Source of the DNA: Bacteroidota bacterium
GTDB lineage: Bacteria > Bacteroidota > Bacteroidia > Flavobacteriales_D > UBA2798
Length of the DNA: 64,000 bases
Assembly (NCBI GenBank): GCA_049322335.1
Contig: JBMORL010000020.1
Coordinates: 58,482 to 122,481, forward strand
Direction of reading: 5' to 3'
Shown: in pieces, positions 15,809 through 25,074 of the stretch
Position numbering within the stretch: the first letter of the stretch is position 1
Layout of the letters: each line of letters begins with the position of its first letter
Made by a program: the position numbers and the translations under genes
The notes under the pieces: generated by a model
Databases searched by the model: none
What the model was told of the DNA's origin: nothing
What the model saw: only the letters and a program-made list of their open reading frames with translations

Positions 15809-16651
15809 CTAGTGAGAAATATTTTCATCTTTCACTCCGTTGAAAGCCTGCATTCCTTCTTTTCTTTCTTCAGCAGGAAAAACAATTTGAATGGTTTTTC
15901 CATTGGCTAGTTTTAATTTTCTTTCTCCGCAGGTAGCTTCGAGATAAACCATTCCTCCTGTTTCCAGCATTTTTCCGTTACTGTGCGTCACCAGGTCGGC
16001 TTTGAGCATATCACTATAAGTAAGAAATTCCTTCACACATAAATTAACCACACTGCATGATAATTTTTCTCCGTTCTCATACAAAAAACTATGCGGCTGG
16101 ATTTTTATGTATACTCCCCCCGCTGTGTAAAATTTTGTTTCCTGTTCGATCCATATCGGAAATTGCTGACATTCCCCTGAAATAGTTTCGTCTTTTATAT
16201 GTGTATAAAACTTCGTGTTGTTTTCGGTCTTGTTCAGCAACACAGAAGTTAATCCCGGCAGCGGGCGATGGATGACATCCGAAAAACGGTCGTTGGTTTC
16301 GGTGGATGTATTTACTTCTTCTGCCAGGAAAGGAATTACGTTTCTTATTTCATTATAGGGCATTTTTTTCCGCGCATCAAGATAGGCATACACCAGTTTT
16401 GCCCTTTTATCAGTAAGCGATTGTAATTCTGCATGCGATTGGGATAATCGTTCCTGTTCGGTATACAAAACCAGCCTCGCTTTTTCCCCAAGGTTCAGCA
16501 AACGATATGCACTGTCAATTTTATTTTCCACATCATTTTCAAATGAAGTGCACTGCAAATAATTAAAGGGAAGAATAATTTCCCGTAAACCCTGTGCAGG
16601 AAGAAAATATCCGTTCAGCACCAGGATGGCGGTGATTAGTGTTGGTTTCAT
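15809..16651 (-). CDS. Hypothetical secreted protein (possibly the N-terminal half of a split gene)
   Basis: Track ORF 15809..16714. The ATG at 16651 gives signal peptide MKPTLITAILVLNGYFLPAQG. It ends at TAG 15809-15811. Confidence 0.55.
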   Translation of the reverse strand: MKPTLITAILVLNGYFLPAQGLREIILPFNYLQCTSFENDVENKIDSAYRLLNLGEKARLVLYTEQERLSQSHAELQSLTDKRAKLVYAYLDARKKMPYNEIRNVIPFLAEEVNTSTETNDRFSDVIHRPLPGLTSVLLNKTENNTKFYTHIKDETISGECQQFPIWIEQETKFYTAGGVYIKIQPHSFLYENGEKLSCSVVNLCVKEFLTYSDMLKADLVTHSNGKMLETGGMVYLEATCGERKLKLANGKTIQIVFPAEERKEGMQAFNGVKDENISH

Positions 16652-16950
16652 GGTCTTGCTTTTGAAAGTATAATGGCAGTGGACCGGAAAAGTTACAACC
16701 ATCACTACAGCCACCAGGTGTCAGCCATCAGGTAAATTTCAGTAACAAAACGCGTTAAAAATGGCACATCATATACGGGTGACAAGAATCCGGATTTTTT
16801 CCCGCTGATAACGCACCGGCCTGTCGACCGACAGGGATTTTCTCAAATGCTTTCATAAACCTAATCAAAATCATATTTCCTTTTCCTGCCGCTTGATTTT
16901 TATCATGGAAAATATTCCTTGTCTGGAGGAATTTTGATAAAAACTAAATT

Positions 16951-18126
16951 ATGCCGGTTTACCAGAGACAGGGAATTATTCCTCAAAAACGACACGTTGT
17001 TTTTCGCAACAAAAAGGGAGAGTTGTATCATGAAGAATTATTTGGAACCGAAGGATTTTCCGGTACTTCTTCGCTGGTCTATCATCTTCATCCTCCTACA
17101 CAGGTAAAATCAATGGGTGATCCTTTTTCCGTTCGACCGGTTGCTGCTATCGAAGACAATCTGAAGGCACTGAGTTTTTTGAGTTTTGATGTGTTACCGG
17201 CAGAAAATTATATCGGCAGCCGGAAAACACTTTTTTTTAATGACGATATACAAATTGCTATTTCCCGCCCAAAAAATTCCATGAATGATTATTTTTTTAA
17301 AAATGCCGACAGCGATGAATTAATTTTTATACATAAAGGAGGCGGAGTATTAAAATCCATGTATGGTGCGGTAGAATTTAATTATGGCGATTATCTCGTT
17401 ATTCCCCGCGGGACGGTTTATCAGATGAAATTTGTAAGTGAAGAAAATCATCTGCTCGTTATTGAATCACATAGTGCAGTGCGCACACCCAAAAGATACA
17501 GAAATGAATTCGGACAACTGCTGGAGCATTCTCCTTTCTGCGAACGTGATTTCAAATTTCCGCAACAGCTGGAAACTATTGATGAAAAAGGTGAGTTTTT
17601 GGTGAAAATAAAAAAACGCGGACTCATTTACCCCTACGTTTACAACCGTCATCCTTTTGATGTGGTGGGCTGGGATGGTTACAGTTACCCCTATGCGTTT
17701 TCCATTTTTAATTTTGAGCCTATAACGGGACGCATACATATGCCACCACCCATTCACCAGAATTTTGAAGGAAAAAATTTTGTGATCTGTTCTTTTGTTC
17801 CAAGATTATACGATTATCATCCCGATGCCATTCCTGCACCTTATCATCACAGTAATGTAGATGCCGATGAATTGCTTTACTATGTGGATGGCGATTTTAT
17901 GAGCCGAAACAACATTCAGAAAGGACAGATTACTTTACATCCGGGAGGAATACCGCACGGCCCACACCCGGGGGCGATAGAACGCAGTATCGGGAAAAAA
18001 GAAACCAAAGAACTGGCGGTAATGATTGATCCTTTCAACCCGGTAAAAATTACTCCCGATGCCCTGAATATAGAAGTAAAAGATTATTTCAAATCGTGGA
18101 TGGCCAAACCTGAATTATCACATTAA
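16951..18126 (+). CDS. hmgA: Homogentisate 1,2-dioxygenase
   Basis: 391 aa. The N-terminus (MPVYQRQGIIPQKRHVVF..EELFGTEGFSG) and the C-terminal HHSNVDADELLYYVDG..HPGGIPHGPHPG block are typical of short bacterial HGD. It lies adjacent to hppD. Confidence 0.88.
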   Translation: MPVYQRQGIIPQKRHVVFRNKKGELYHEELFGTEGFSGTSSLVYHLHPPTQVKSMGDPFSVRPVAAIEDNLKALSFLSFDVLPAENYIGSRKTLFFNDDIQIAISRPKNSMNDYFFKNADSDELIFIHKGGGVLKSMYGAVEFNYGDYLVIPRGTVYQMKFVSEENHLLVIESHSAVRTPKRYRNEFGQLLEHSPFCERDFKFPQQLETIDEKGEFLVKIKKRGLIYPYVYNRHPFDVVGWDGYSYPYAFSIFNFEPITGRIHMPPPIHQNFEGKNFVICSFVPRLYDYHPDAIPAPYHHSNVDADELLYYVDGDFMSRNNIQKGQITLHPGGIPHGPHPGAIERSIGKKETKELAVMIDPFNPVKITPDALNIEVKDYFKSWMAKPELSH

Positions 18127-18139
18127 AAAAAATAACGAC

Positions 18140-19291
18140 ATGAAAGATTTAACCAAAGTAAAAAATTACGATTACAGCGGAAAAAAAATATTTGAAAAGG
18201 CAAAAGATTTTCTTCCCATCAACGGAACCGATTACGTGGAGTTGTATGTAGGCAACGCCAAACAGGCAGCACATTTTTATAAAACTGCTTTCGGATTTCA
18301 ATCGCTGGCGTATGCCGGACTTGAAACGGGATTAAGAGACCGCGTTTCTTATGTATTGCAGCAGGGAAAAATTCGTTTGGTGCTTACCACTTCATTTGAT
18401 CCTGAAAGTGAAATTTCACATCATGTACGCCTGCACGGTGATGGCGTAAAAGTAATAGCTCTGTGGGTAGACGATGCACGAAAAGCATTTGAAGAAACCG
18501 TTAGCCGTGGTGCCGATGTATATCTCGAACCCGGTATTTCGATGGATGAAAACGGAGAAATTGTAAAATCGGGGATTCGTACTTATGGTGATACTGTTCA
18601 TCTTTTTATTGAGAGAAAAAATTACAACGGCACTTTCATGCCCGGTTTCGTAAAGTGGGAATCGGAATACAATCCCACCGAAGTTGGATTCAAATATGTG
18701 GATCACATGGTGGGAAATGTGGAACTGGGAGGAATGAACAAATGGGCGAAATTCTATGCAGATGTTTTGGGATTTGCCAACCTGGTGACTTTTGATGATA
18801 AAGATATTTCCACGCAATACACAGCGTTGATGAGTAAAGTGATGACCAATGGCAACGGAAGAATAAAATTTCCCATTAACGAACCTGCCAAAGGATTGAA
18901 AAAATCGCAGATCGAAGAATACCTTGATTTTTATAAAGGTGCCGGTTGCCAGCACATTGCTGTAGCTACCGATGATATTATTTTTTCAGTAAGTGAAATG
19001 AGAAAACGCGGGGTGGAATTTTTGCATGTTCCGGGATCGTATTACGATACTGTTTCTGATCGCGTGGGATTGATCGAAGAAGATCTTTCTGTTCTGAAAA
19101 AACTCGGCATCATGGTCGACCGTGATGAAGACGGTTACCTGCTGCAGATTTTTACCAAACCTATCGAAGACAGGCCTACACTCTTTTTCGAAATCATCCA
19201 GCGAAAAGGGGCCCATTCTTTCGGAAAAGGAAATTTCAAGGCGTTGTTTGAGAGCATAGAAGCAGAACAGGCAAGGCGGGGAACGTTATGA
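18140..19291 (+). CDS. hppD: 4-hydroxyphenylpyruvate dioxygenase
   Basis: VELYVGNAKQAAHFYKTAFGF, VDHMVGNVELG, QHIAVATDDI and the C-terminal FFEIIQRKG..FGKGNFKALFESIE are classic HPPD motifs. Confidence 0.9.
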   Translation: MKDLTKVKNYDYSGKKIFEKAKDFLPINGTDYVELYVGNAKQAAHFYKTAFGFQSLAYAGLETGLRDRVSYVLQQGKIRLVLTTSFDPESEISHHVRLHGDGVKVIALWVDDARKAFEETVSRGADVYLEPGISMDENGEIVKSGIRTYGDTVHLFIERKNYNGTFMPGFVKWESEYNPTEVGFKYVDHMVGNVELGGMNKWAKFYADVLGFANLVTFDDKDISTQYTALMSKVMTNGNGRIKFPINEPAKGLKKSQIEEYLDFYKGAGCQHIAVATDDIIFSVSEMRKRGVEFLHVPGSYYDTVSDRVGLIEEDLSVLKKLGIMVDRDEDGYLLQIFTKPIEDRPTLFFEIIQRKGAHSFGKGNFKALFESIEAEQARRGTL

Positions 19292-19635
19292 TTACCGGTT
19301 CGTCTGTAAAAGCAATTACGTGGTCGGCCCGTGTATTGAGTGTCGGGCTGACCGCGTTATTCTTTGTCTTCTTTTTTTATGACCCGTTGAAAACTGTTTC
19401 GCTGAATGAGATCATCCTCCTGGTATTTTTCCCGGGACTGTTTTTTACAGGTTATGCCTGGGGGTGGAAAAATCCTGGCTGGGGATCGCTAATCATTATT
19501 GCCGGTTTTTCGGGATTTTATTTTGTACATTACCTGCAGGCCGGCCAATTTCCCGAAGGTTGGGGGTTTTTTCTTTTCCTTGCCCCTGCCCTGCTTTGGC
19601 TGTTGTCGTTGTTGTTCAGAAAGTCAGCTCTTTGA
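19288..19635 (+). CDS. Small polytopic membrane protein (hypothetical)
   Basis: ATGA overlap with the hppD stop. It has 3-4 hydrophobic helices (LSVGLTALFFVFFFY, IILLVFFPGLFFTGYAWGW, LIIIAGFSGFYFV, FFLFLAPALLWLLSLLF). Confidence 0.6.
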   Translation: MITGSSVKAITWSARVLSVGLTALFFVFFFYDPLKTVSLNEIILLVFFPGLFFTGYAWGWKNPGWGSLIIIAGFSGFYFVHYLQAGQFPEGWGFFLFLAPALLWLLSLLFRKSAL

Positions 19636-19665
19636 TGATAAGAAAAAATCGTTAACTTGGCGGAA

Positions 19666-20916
19666 ATGAAATTCCGTCTTTTTCTTTTTATAGCTGTTAG
19701 TTTTTTCGTTGCCTGTGGTGATAACGGCCCCGCTGATACTTCTTTTGATTTTGAAAAAGAAGGGGGAACTGAATATACACTGAAAGTGGATGTGAAAGAT
19801 TTTCTTTCCATGGAAGCGGGTTATCCCACCAATGAATCATTTTATACATGTATGATGATGGTTTCGGAAGAAAAGGATATGCCGGATGAAGTTTGGATAG
19901 ATCGGTTTATTGAAACGTTCGGAAAAGAAAATCCAACGTTAAACCTGCGCGCCCTTTTTTTTATGGGAAACCGTGAAAAATATCAGCCATCGATGAGCGA
20001 AAAAGAATTTAAAAGTAAGTTGATGAGATCGCTGGATGAAGTAAAAAGTAAAACTAAGCTTGTAGTGGAACAACGCCTGAAAAATACCGGTATACAAAAA
20101 TTTAATGTGATAAAAACTCCTGAAGGAATTAAAGTGCAGGTAGCAGAATTGGATAAAGAAAATAAAATAAAAAAGATGCTGCAATCGTCTGCTACGGTTG
20201 GATTTTATGAAACGTATAACCTTACAGAAGCTTTTCCCTTTATACAAAAGCTGAATGATTCCATATCGGCACAACTAAAAAGAGATACTGTTGTAAGAGA
20301 AAGTATGCTGATGAACGAAGCAGATACAGTAAAAATAAATTACCCGTTATTATATTTTATAAGCATAAATGTAAGCAGAGACAGTCGTGGATTAACTTAT
20401 TTAAATGAAGGCGCTTTACTGGGTTACGTTTTAATAAGAGATACAGCAGAAGTCAACCGGTTATTGTTATCCGATACAACAGGAATACTTCCAAACGATC
20501 TTCAGTTTGCGTGGAGTAAATTTCCGGAAAACGAAGAAGGGAATATCGTAGGATTATATTGCCTTCGCGCAAAACACATCCGTAATCCTGCATTGAGCGG
20601 AAAATATATTACTGATGCTTTTGAAATGGAAAATGAAATGACTGGCGAAATCCAGGTTCAGTTAAATTTCGATGCCACCGGAACAGAAAAATGGCAACAG
20701 CTAACCCGTAAAAATATAGGCAAAAATATAGCCATCACACTGGATGGTTTTATTTATTCATGTCCTGTAGTTCAACAGGAAATAACCGGTGGCAATTCGG
20801 TCATCTCAGGAAACTTCACCAAAGAAGAAGCGGCCGACCTGGCTATGCTCTTAAAAAGCGGGGCTTTGGATTGCAGAATAATTATCTCTGATACCCGGCA
20901 TAGCGAACCCCATTAA
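19666..20916 (+). CDS. Lipoprotein homologous to the periplasmic (P1) region of SecD/SecDF, lacking all TM segments
   Basis: Track ORF starts at TTG 19657; the ATG is at 19666 (MKFRLFLFIAVSFFVAC, lipobox). KKMLQSSATVGFYETY resembles the SecDF ..LLQSTAQLEFWETY block. NIAITLDGFIYSCPVVQQEITGGNSVISGNFTKEEAADLAMLLKSGAL resembles the SecD ..VLDGKVISAPVIQ..ITGG...ITGNFT.EEA.DLA.LLRAGAL block. Both comparisons are from memory. The protein ends 20 aa later. Confidence 0.6.
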   Translation: MKFRLFLFIAVSFFVACGDNGPADTSFDFEKEGGTEYTLKVDVKDFLSMEAGYPTNESFYTCMMMVSEEKDMPDEVWIDRFIETFGKENPTLNLRALFFMGNREKYQPSMSEKEFKSKLMRSLDEVKSKTKLVVEQRLKNTGIQKFNVIKTPEGIKVQVAELDKENKIKKMLQSSATVGFYETYNLTEAFPFIQKLNDSISAQLKRDTVVRESMLMNEADTVKINYPLLYFISINVSRDSRGLTYLNEGALLGYVLIRDTAEVNRLLLSDTTGILPNDLQFAWSKFPENEEGNIVGLYCLRAKHIRNPALSGKYITDAFEMENEMTGEIQVQLNFDATGTEKWQQLTRKNIGKNIAITLDGFIYSCPVVQQEITGGNSVISGNFTKEEAADLAMLLKSGALDCRIIISDTRHSEPH

Positions 20917-20986
20917 TCCATTCTTCCGTCTTTAAAATATACCGGATTACAGGATACCCTGAATCCGGGAGATAGCTGACCTTTGT

Positions 20987-23479
20987 ATGATCAAAACTGT
21001 TTTTATGAAAAACATCAAACAAAGTATTATCCTTATGTCGCTGCTATTGGCTGTCCATACCGGAAAAACACAATGCCCTGTGGATTCAATACCTCAGGCA
21101 GAATGTTTCAATCCGTTTAACGGAACGTATTGCTACAACAATTATTTATCAGTAGCAGGATCTCCTGCATCCACTTCTTCCGGTTATTCTGATGAAGACA
21201 CCAGCTACCAGCTGTTCGACTCATCATTTATTATGCTGCAACAGGCCACCATTACTTTATGGGAAGCCAGCGGGTATTCTGATGGTGATTACAGTATAGG
21301 TATTTGGATCGATTTTAATAATAATTCTGTTTTTGAAAATAATGAAATGGCGGCAATGGGTTATGATAATACAGGATCGGGATATATTTCAGGAACTTTT
21401 TTTGTGCCCGGAGATGCCGTTGCTGATACTGTAAAATTCCGGCTTATTAAATTCATGAATGATGCATCTGTTGATCCGTCTGATGCCTGTGGAGATCCAT
21501 TCAATTATTATGGTGAAGTAGAAGATTATTATGCAATTATACAATGCGCTGTTTCTCCCGCCCCGGCATATAGCAATTTTGAAACAACATGCGAGGGTGT
21601 TCCTCCTTTTTTATATGTATATACTGATTATGGATATATAAATTGGTACACCGATACCACTGCCGCCCCTGATTCTACAGGAAATAATTTCGAAATATAT
21701 ACCTGGGCAGGTGACACGGTTATTTATTTTGAAGTGGGAACAACCGGATGTAATAACAATATGATGTATTGGATAGACGTTCACACTGATCCTTCCCCCG
21801 TAGTAATAATTTCAGGCCCGGATTCAGTTCAATCATGCACTTCCGAAATTTTTACAGCTAATCCGGGCCTGGATAATTATTACTGGAATACAGGCACTAC
21901 TACTCAAAGCATAAATATTACATCAGGATTTGGCGGAATTCTTTCTGTTAGCTCTGTCAATTCGTTTGGTTGTTATGGTTCGGATGCTGTTTTTGTACAA
22001 ATCGCTCCTCAACCTCCTTCTGCTTATGTTACCAGTTATGTAAGCTCACCGTTTTGTGTCAATGGACAGATCGTTTTAATCTATGACAGCCTTACTTCAC
22101 CCGGAACTGTAGATTGGTATGATTCCACATTAAATTACATGGGAAGCGGACAAACATTTGTTGCTTATGAGCCAGGGATTTCTATTCATAATTTTACCGC
22201 ATATATTAATTCGATATGCGGATTGGATACAGCGCAACTTACAATAATTACCGAAGGCCCGCCTTCCCTCGACTCCATTTATTCACCCGATGCTATATAT
22301 GATATGTCTGGAAATGCAAATTTCTGTAATAGCGGAGACATTACTTTCATTGCATTGAATTTATCAGGAACAATAGATTATTGGGAAATTACAGACGTAT
22401 CCACCGGAAATAGTTTTCAATGGCCCGATAATAATGATACCGTTATTTTTCCGGGCTGGATGATACAACCCGGCATGCAATATTCTATTTATGCAGTGAT
22501 GATGAATGCACAGGGCTGCGTTGCCAATTCGGATACACTTACAGGTAGTGTAATCAATTCTACAAACGTAATTTTTCCCGACTCCATATTATTATGTCCT
22601 TTTCCCGCGAGTTTCGGAATAAGTATTGATTACGACCGCTATAATGTATTATGGAATACCGGGGATACAACAGGTGCAATCTTTATTTCTACTGAAGGTA
22701 TGTACACCCTGGCCATTACAGATGAATGGTACGGATGTGATGATACGGACAGCGCTTATGTTATGGACGGTAACGTTACTTTCGATCCCTTTACCGATAC
22801 TACACTGGTGTGTGCAGACGATATTACTTTGTTTGCAGGAAACGGGTTTACCTATTATTATTGGGAACAATGGGATGAATTCGGAAATTTTATCAATTCT
22901 TCCAATAATGATAATTTTTACGTTAGTATGAATTCATACATTTACGCGGAAGCAGATACATATGGAGGTACTTGTGTGTTTTTTGACACCACCTATGTTA
23001 TGATAGCCGGGCCGTTTTCATTTTCACTCGGCAATGATGTAAATTCCACTGCCGGTAGTTTTTTCATCAATGGTCCGGGCGGGATGTCTTCTTATCAGTG
23101 GAACACGGGCGCCACCACCGAAAACCTTACTGTAACCACCTCCGGAACCTATTATCTCACTGCTATTAATCCTTTCGGTTGCGAATATACCGACACCATT
23201 GTGGTAAATTTTCTGAATGGAATAACAGAATGGAACAATGACTATTTGTTCAGTATCTATCCCAATCCGTCTGATGAATATGTTTTTATTGAAACAGCCG
23301 GTGAAAAAATAACACAGATAGAAATTTATTCCGTTAATGGGTCGCTCATCGAAAGTATTTCTGTTACTACTGAAATAAAAACAAAACTGGATATAGCTTC
23401 ATTGGAAAACGGCACTTATCTTTTGAAAGTAATAACAGAAAATTCATCGGGATGGGGGAAGATGGTGGTAACGAAGTAA
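20987..23479 (+). CDS. T9SS type A sorting-domain protein with GEVED domain
   Basis: Signal peptide (an alternative ATG is at 21005). GEVED motif YYGEVEDYYAII. C-terminal Por_Secre_tail FSIYPNPSDEYVFIETAGEKITQIEIYSVNGSLIESI..LENGTYLLKV. Confidence 0.8.
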   Translation: MIKTVFMKNIKQSIILMSLLLAVHTGKTQCPVDSIPQAECFNPFNGTYCYNNYLSVAGSPASTSSGYSDEDTSYQLFDSSFIMLQQATITLWEASGYSDGDYSIGIWIDFNNNSVFENNEMAAMGYDNTGSGYISGTFFVPGDAVADTVKFRLIKFMNDASVDPSDACGDPFNYYGEVEDYYAIIQCAVSPAPAYSNFETTCEGVPPFLYVYTDYGYINWYTDTTAAPDSTGNNFEIYTWAGDTVIYFEVGTTGCNNNMMYWIDVHTDPSPVVIISGPDSVQSCTSEIFTANPGLDNYYWNTGTTTQSINITSGFGGILSVSSVNSFGCYGSDAVFVQIAPQPPSAYVTSYVSSPFCVNGQIVLIYDSLTSPGTVDWYDSTLNYMGSGQTFVAYEPGISIHNFTAYINSICGLDTAQLTIITEGPPSLDSIYSPDAIYDMSGNANFCNSGDITFIALNLSGTIDYWEITDVSTGNSFQWPDNNDTVIFPGWMIQPGMQYSIYAVMMNAQGCVANSDTLTGSVINSTNVIFPDSILLCPFPASFGISIDYDRYNVLWNTGDTTGAIFISTEGMYTLAITDEWYGCDDTDSAYVMDGNVTFDPFTDTTLVCADDITLFAGNGFTYYYWEQWDEFGNFINSSNNDNFYVSMNSYIYAEADTYGGTCVFFDTTYVMIAGPFSFSLGNDVNSTAGSFFINGPGGMSSYQWNTGATTENLTVTTSGTYYLTAINPFGCEYTDTIVVNFLNGITEWNNDYLFSIYPNPSDEYVFIETAGEKITQIEIYSVNGSLIESISVTTEIKTKLDIASLENGTYLLKVITENSSGWGKMVVTK

Positions 23480-23489
23480 ACAAAGTTTT

Positions 23490-24002
23490 TTACAAAACCT
23501 TGTCATTTATTTCCTGTACTGCTTTTATCTCTGTCAATGGAATATACTCTGATACCAAAGAAGTGAGCGGTTCATACAACAGTGATGATTTTTTTTGCTC
23601 TTCTGTAATTAACCCTGAACTGGGTTCGTGAAGGGAAAGCATATTGAGCAGCACACCACAGATTACAATGAATTTAACCAGTCCAAACAAGGCACCTAAA
23701 ATCCTGTCGATGGGTTTCAGCATGGTTATTTTCACGAAACGTTCCAGCCATTTTCCGATAAAAAACACAAGTGCTACGACCGCTATAAAACAAATGGCAA
23801 ACGAAATAAGAGGCACCCATTGGGAAGGTTCATCAAAAAAACCGTTAATAAAATCCGCAACCACTCCCGAAAATTTTATTCCCGCCCAGGCGCCCAGCAA
23901 TAGTGCAGCAAGGGTGCAAATTTCAATTACAATTCCTTTCCGGTAGCCGAGATAACTGCCGAAAAGAATGATTATTGCAAGAAAAATGTCAAGGGAATTC
24001 AT
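23490..24002 (-). CDS. cvpA: CvpA family membrane protein
   Basis: MNSLDIFLAIIILFGSYLGYRKGIV, four TM helices and ~170 aa give a typical CvpA layout. Confidence 0.8.
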   Translation of the reverse strand: MNSLDIFLAIIILFGSYLGYRKGIVIEICTLAALLLGAWAGIKFSGVVADFINGFFDEPSQWVPLISFAICFIAVVALVFFIGKWLERFVKITMLKPIDRILGALFGLVKFIVICGVLLNMLSLHEPSSGLITEEQKKSSLLYEPLTSLVSEYIPLTEIKAVQEINDKVL

Positions 24003-24054
24003 AAAAGAAAAAACCTAAGCCGCTAATTACGCGAATTTTCACGAATCCGGAAAA

Positions 24055-25074
24055 TCACTTCTCCCCATCAAACCTCAGCGAATAACAGATAGCTGCCATT
24101 TCACGGATGTATTCACGTTTTCCGAATTTCGGGGCAAACACATATCCCTCCACCGTTACAATCCGTCCGCGGGGTTCGTCAAAAGTGGTAATGCTGATAA
24201 ACGGGCCGCCATAGGCATCTCCCTCGGTTCTGTACAAACCTCTTATTTCAAAAGCGTATTTTCCATTTAATGTTGACTCTTTCCACACGGGATAATAAGC
24301 ACTGTCGCGTTCGGTTGACATATACGATCCTTCGGAAGGCCCCGGAACGTTAGTTTTGCAAACGGAATCGCGCACTTTCAGCAGGTATTCAAGTGTAAAA
24401 GTACTGTCATCCACATAGGGATATGTGTAAATAAAAACACCCTGGTTGATATCATGTGCTTCTCCACTTACATATTTTACTTTATCGCTTTTCAGCCAGA
24501 TGAATGTTTTCCTGTTTTCAGCCATTTTATAATCATCGGGCACGGTAACTTCCAGTTGCAGGTCTTTTTTCAGTTCCTCTTTAATAGCAGTTTGTTCTTT
24601 GGAGGAATACAACGCCACAATGCGGTCGTATTCGGTGGTATTTAATACTTCGATGACAGAGGCGGCATCTTTTTTAAACAGGTCGATCGCCTGTTCTTCA
24701 TTTCGTGCTACTATTTTTATCACCACCTGGTCTTTGGCCCACACATCTTTCAGGTATTCTACCCTGAATTTTTCGTTGTCGCTATCAATTTCAAATAAAA
24801 TGATGTTGCGGTGCGATTTGATCACTTTAGAAAAATCATTGTGATTGTATTGTCCCAGTGAAAAAATAGGTTCCTGTTGAGGCAATCCCATTTGTACCTG
24901 TTCAAGATAATAACTTAGCGTATCTCCCACGGGCCCGCGCCAGTATTCATCTTCGGCAATAATAATTACTTCTCCGGGCATGCCGGTAGAATTGGGTTTA
25001 TACACCTTTCCCTCACCACAGGAAGATAAAATGAAAACTACAAAGCTGAGAATGAAAAATGATGACCTAACCAT
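24055..25074 (-). CDS. DUF4837-like lipoprotein
   Basis: Lipobox ILSSC. GEVIIIAEDEYWRGPVGDTL..GLPQQEPIFSL is as I recall for DUF4837. The conserved position downstream of the LysM transglycosylase supports this. Confidence 0.55.
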   Translation of the reverse strand: MVRSSFFILSFVVFILSSCGEGKVYKPNSTGMPGEVIIIAEDEYWRGPVGDTLSYYLEQVQMGLPQQEPIFSLGQYNHNDFSKVIKSHRNIILFEIDSDNEKFRVEYLKDVWAKDQVVIKIVARNEEQAIDLFKKDAASVIEVLNTTEYDRIVALYSSKEQTAIKEELKKDLQLEVTVPDDYKMAENRKTFIWLKSDKVKYVSGEAHDINQGVFIYTYPYVDDSTFTLEYLLKVRDSVCKTNVPGPSEGSYMSTERDSAYYPVWKESTLNGKYAFEIRGLYRTEGDAYGGPFISITTFDEPRGRIVTVEGYVFAPKFGKREYIREMAAICYSLRFDGEK

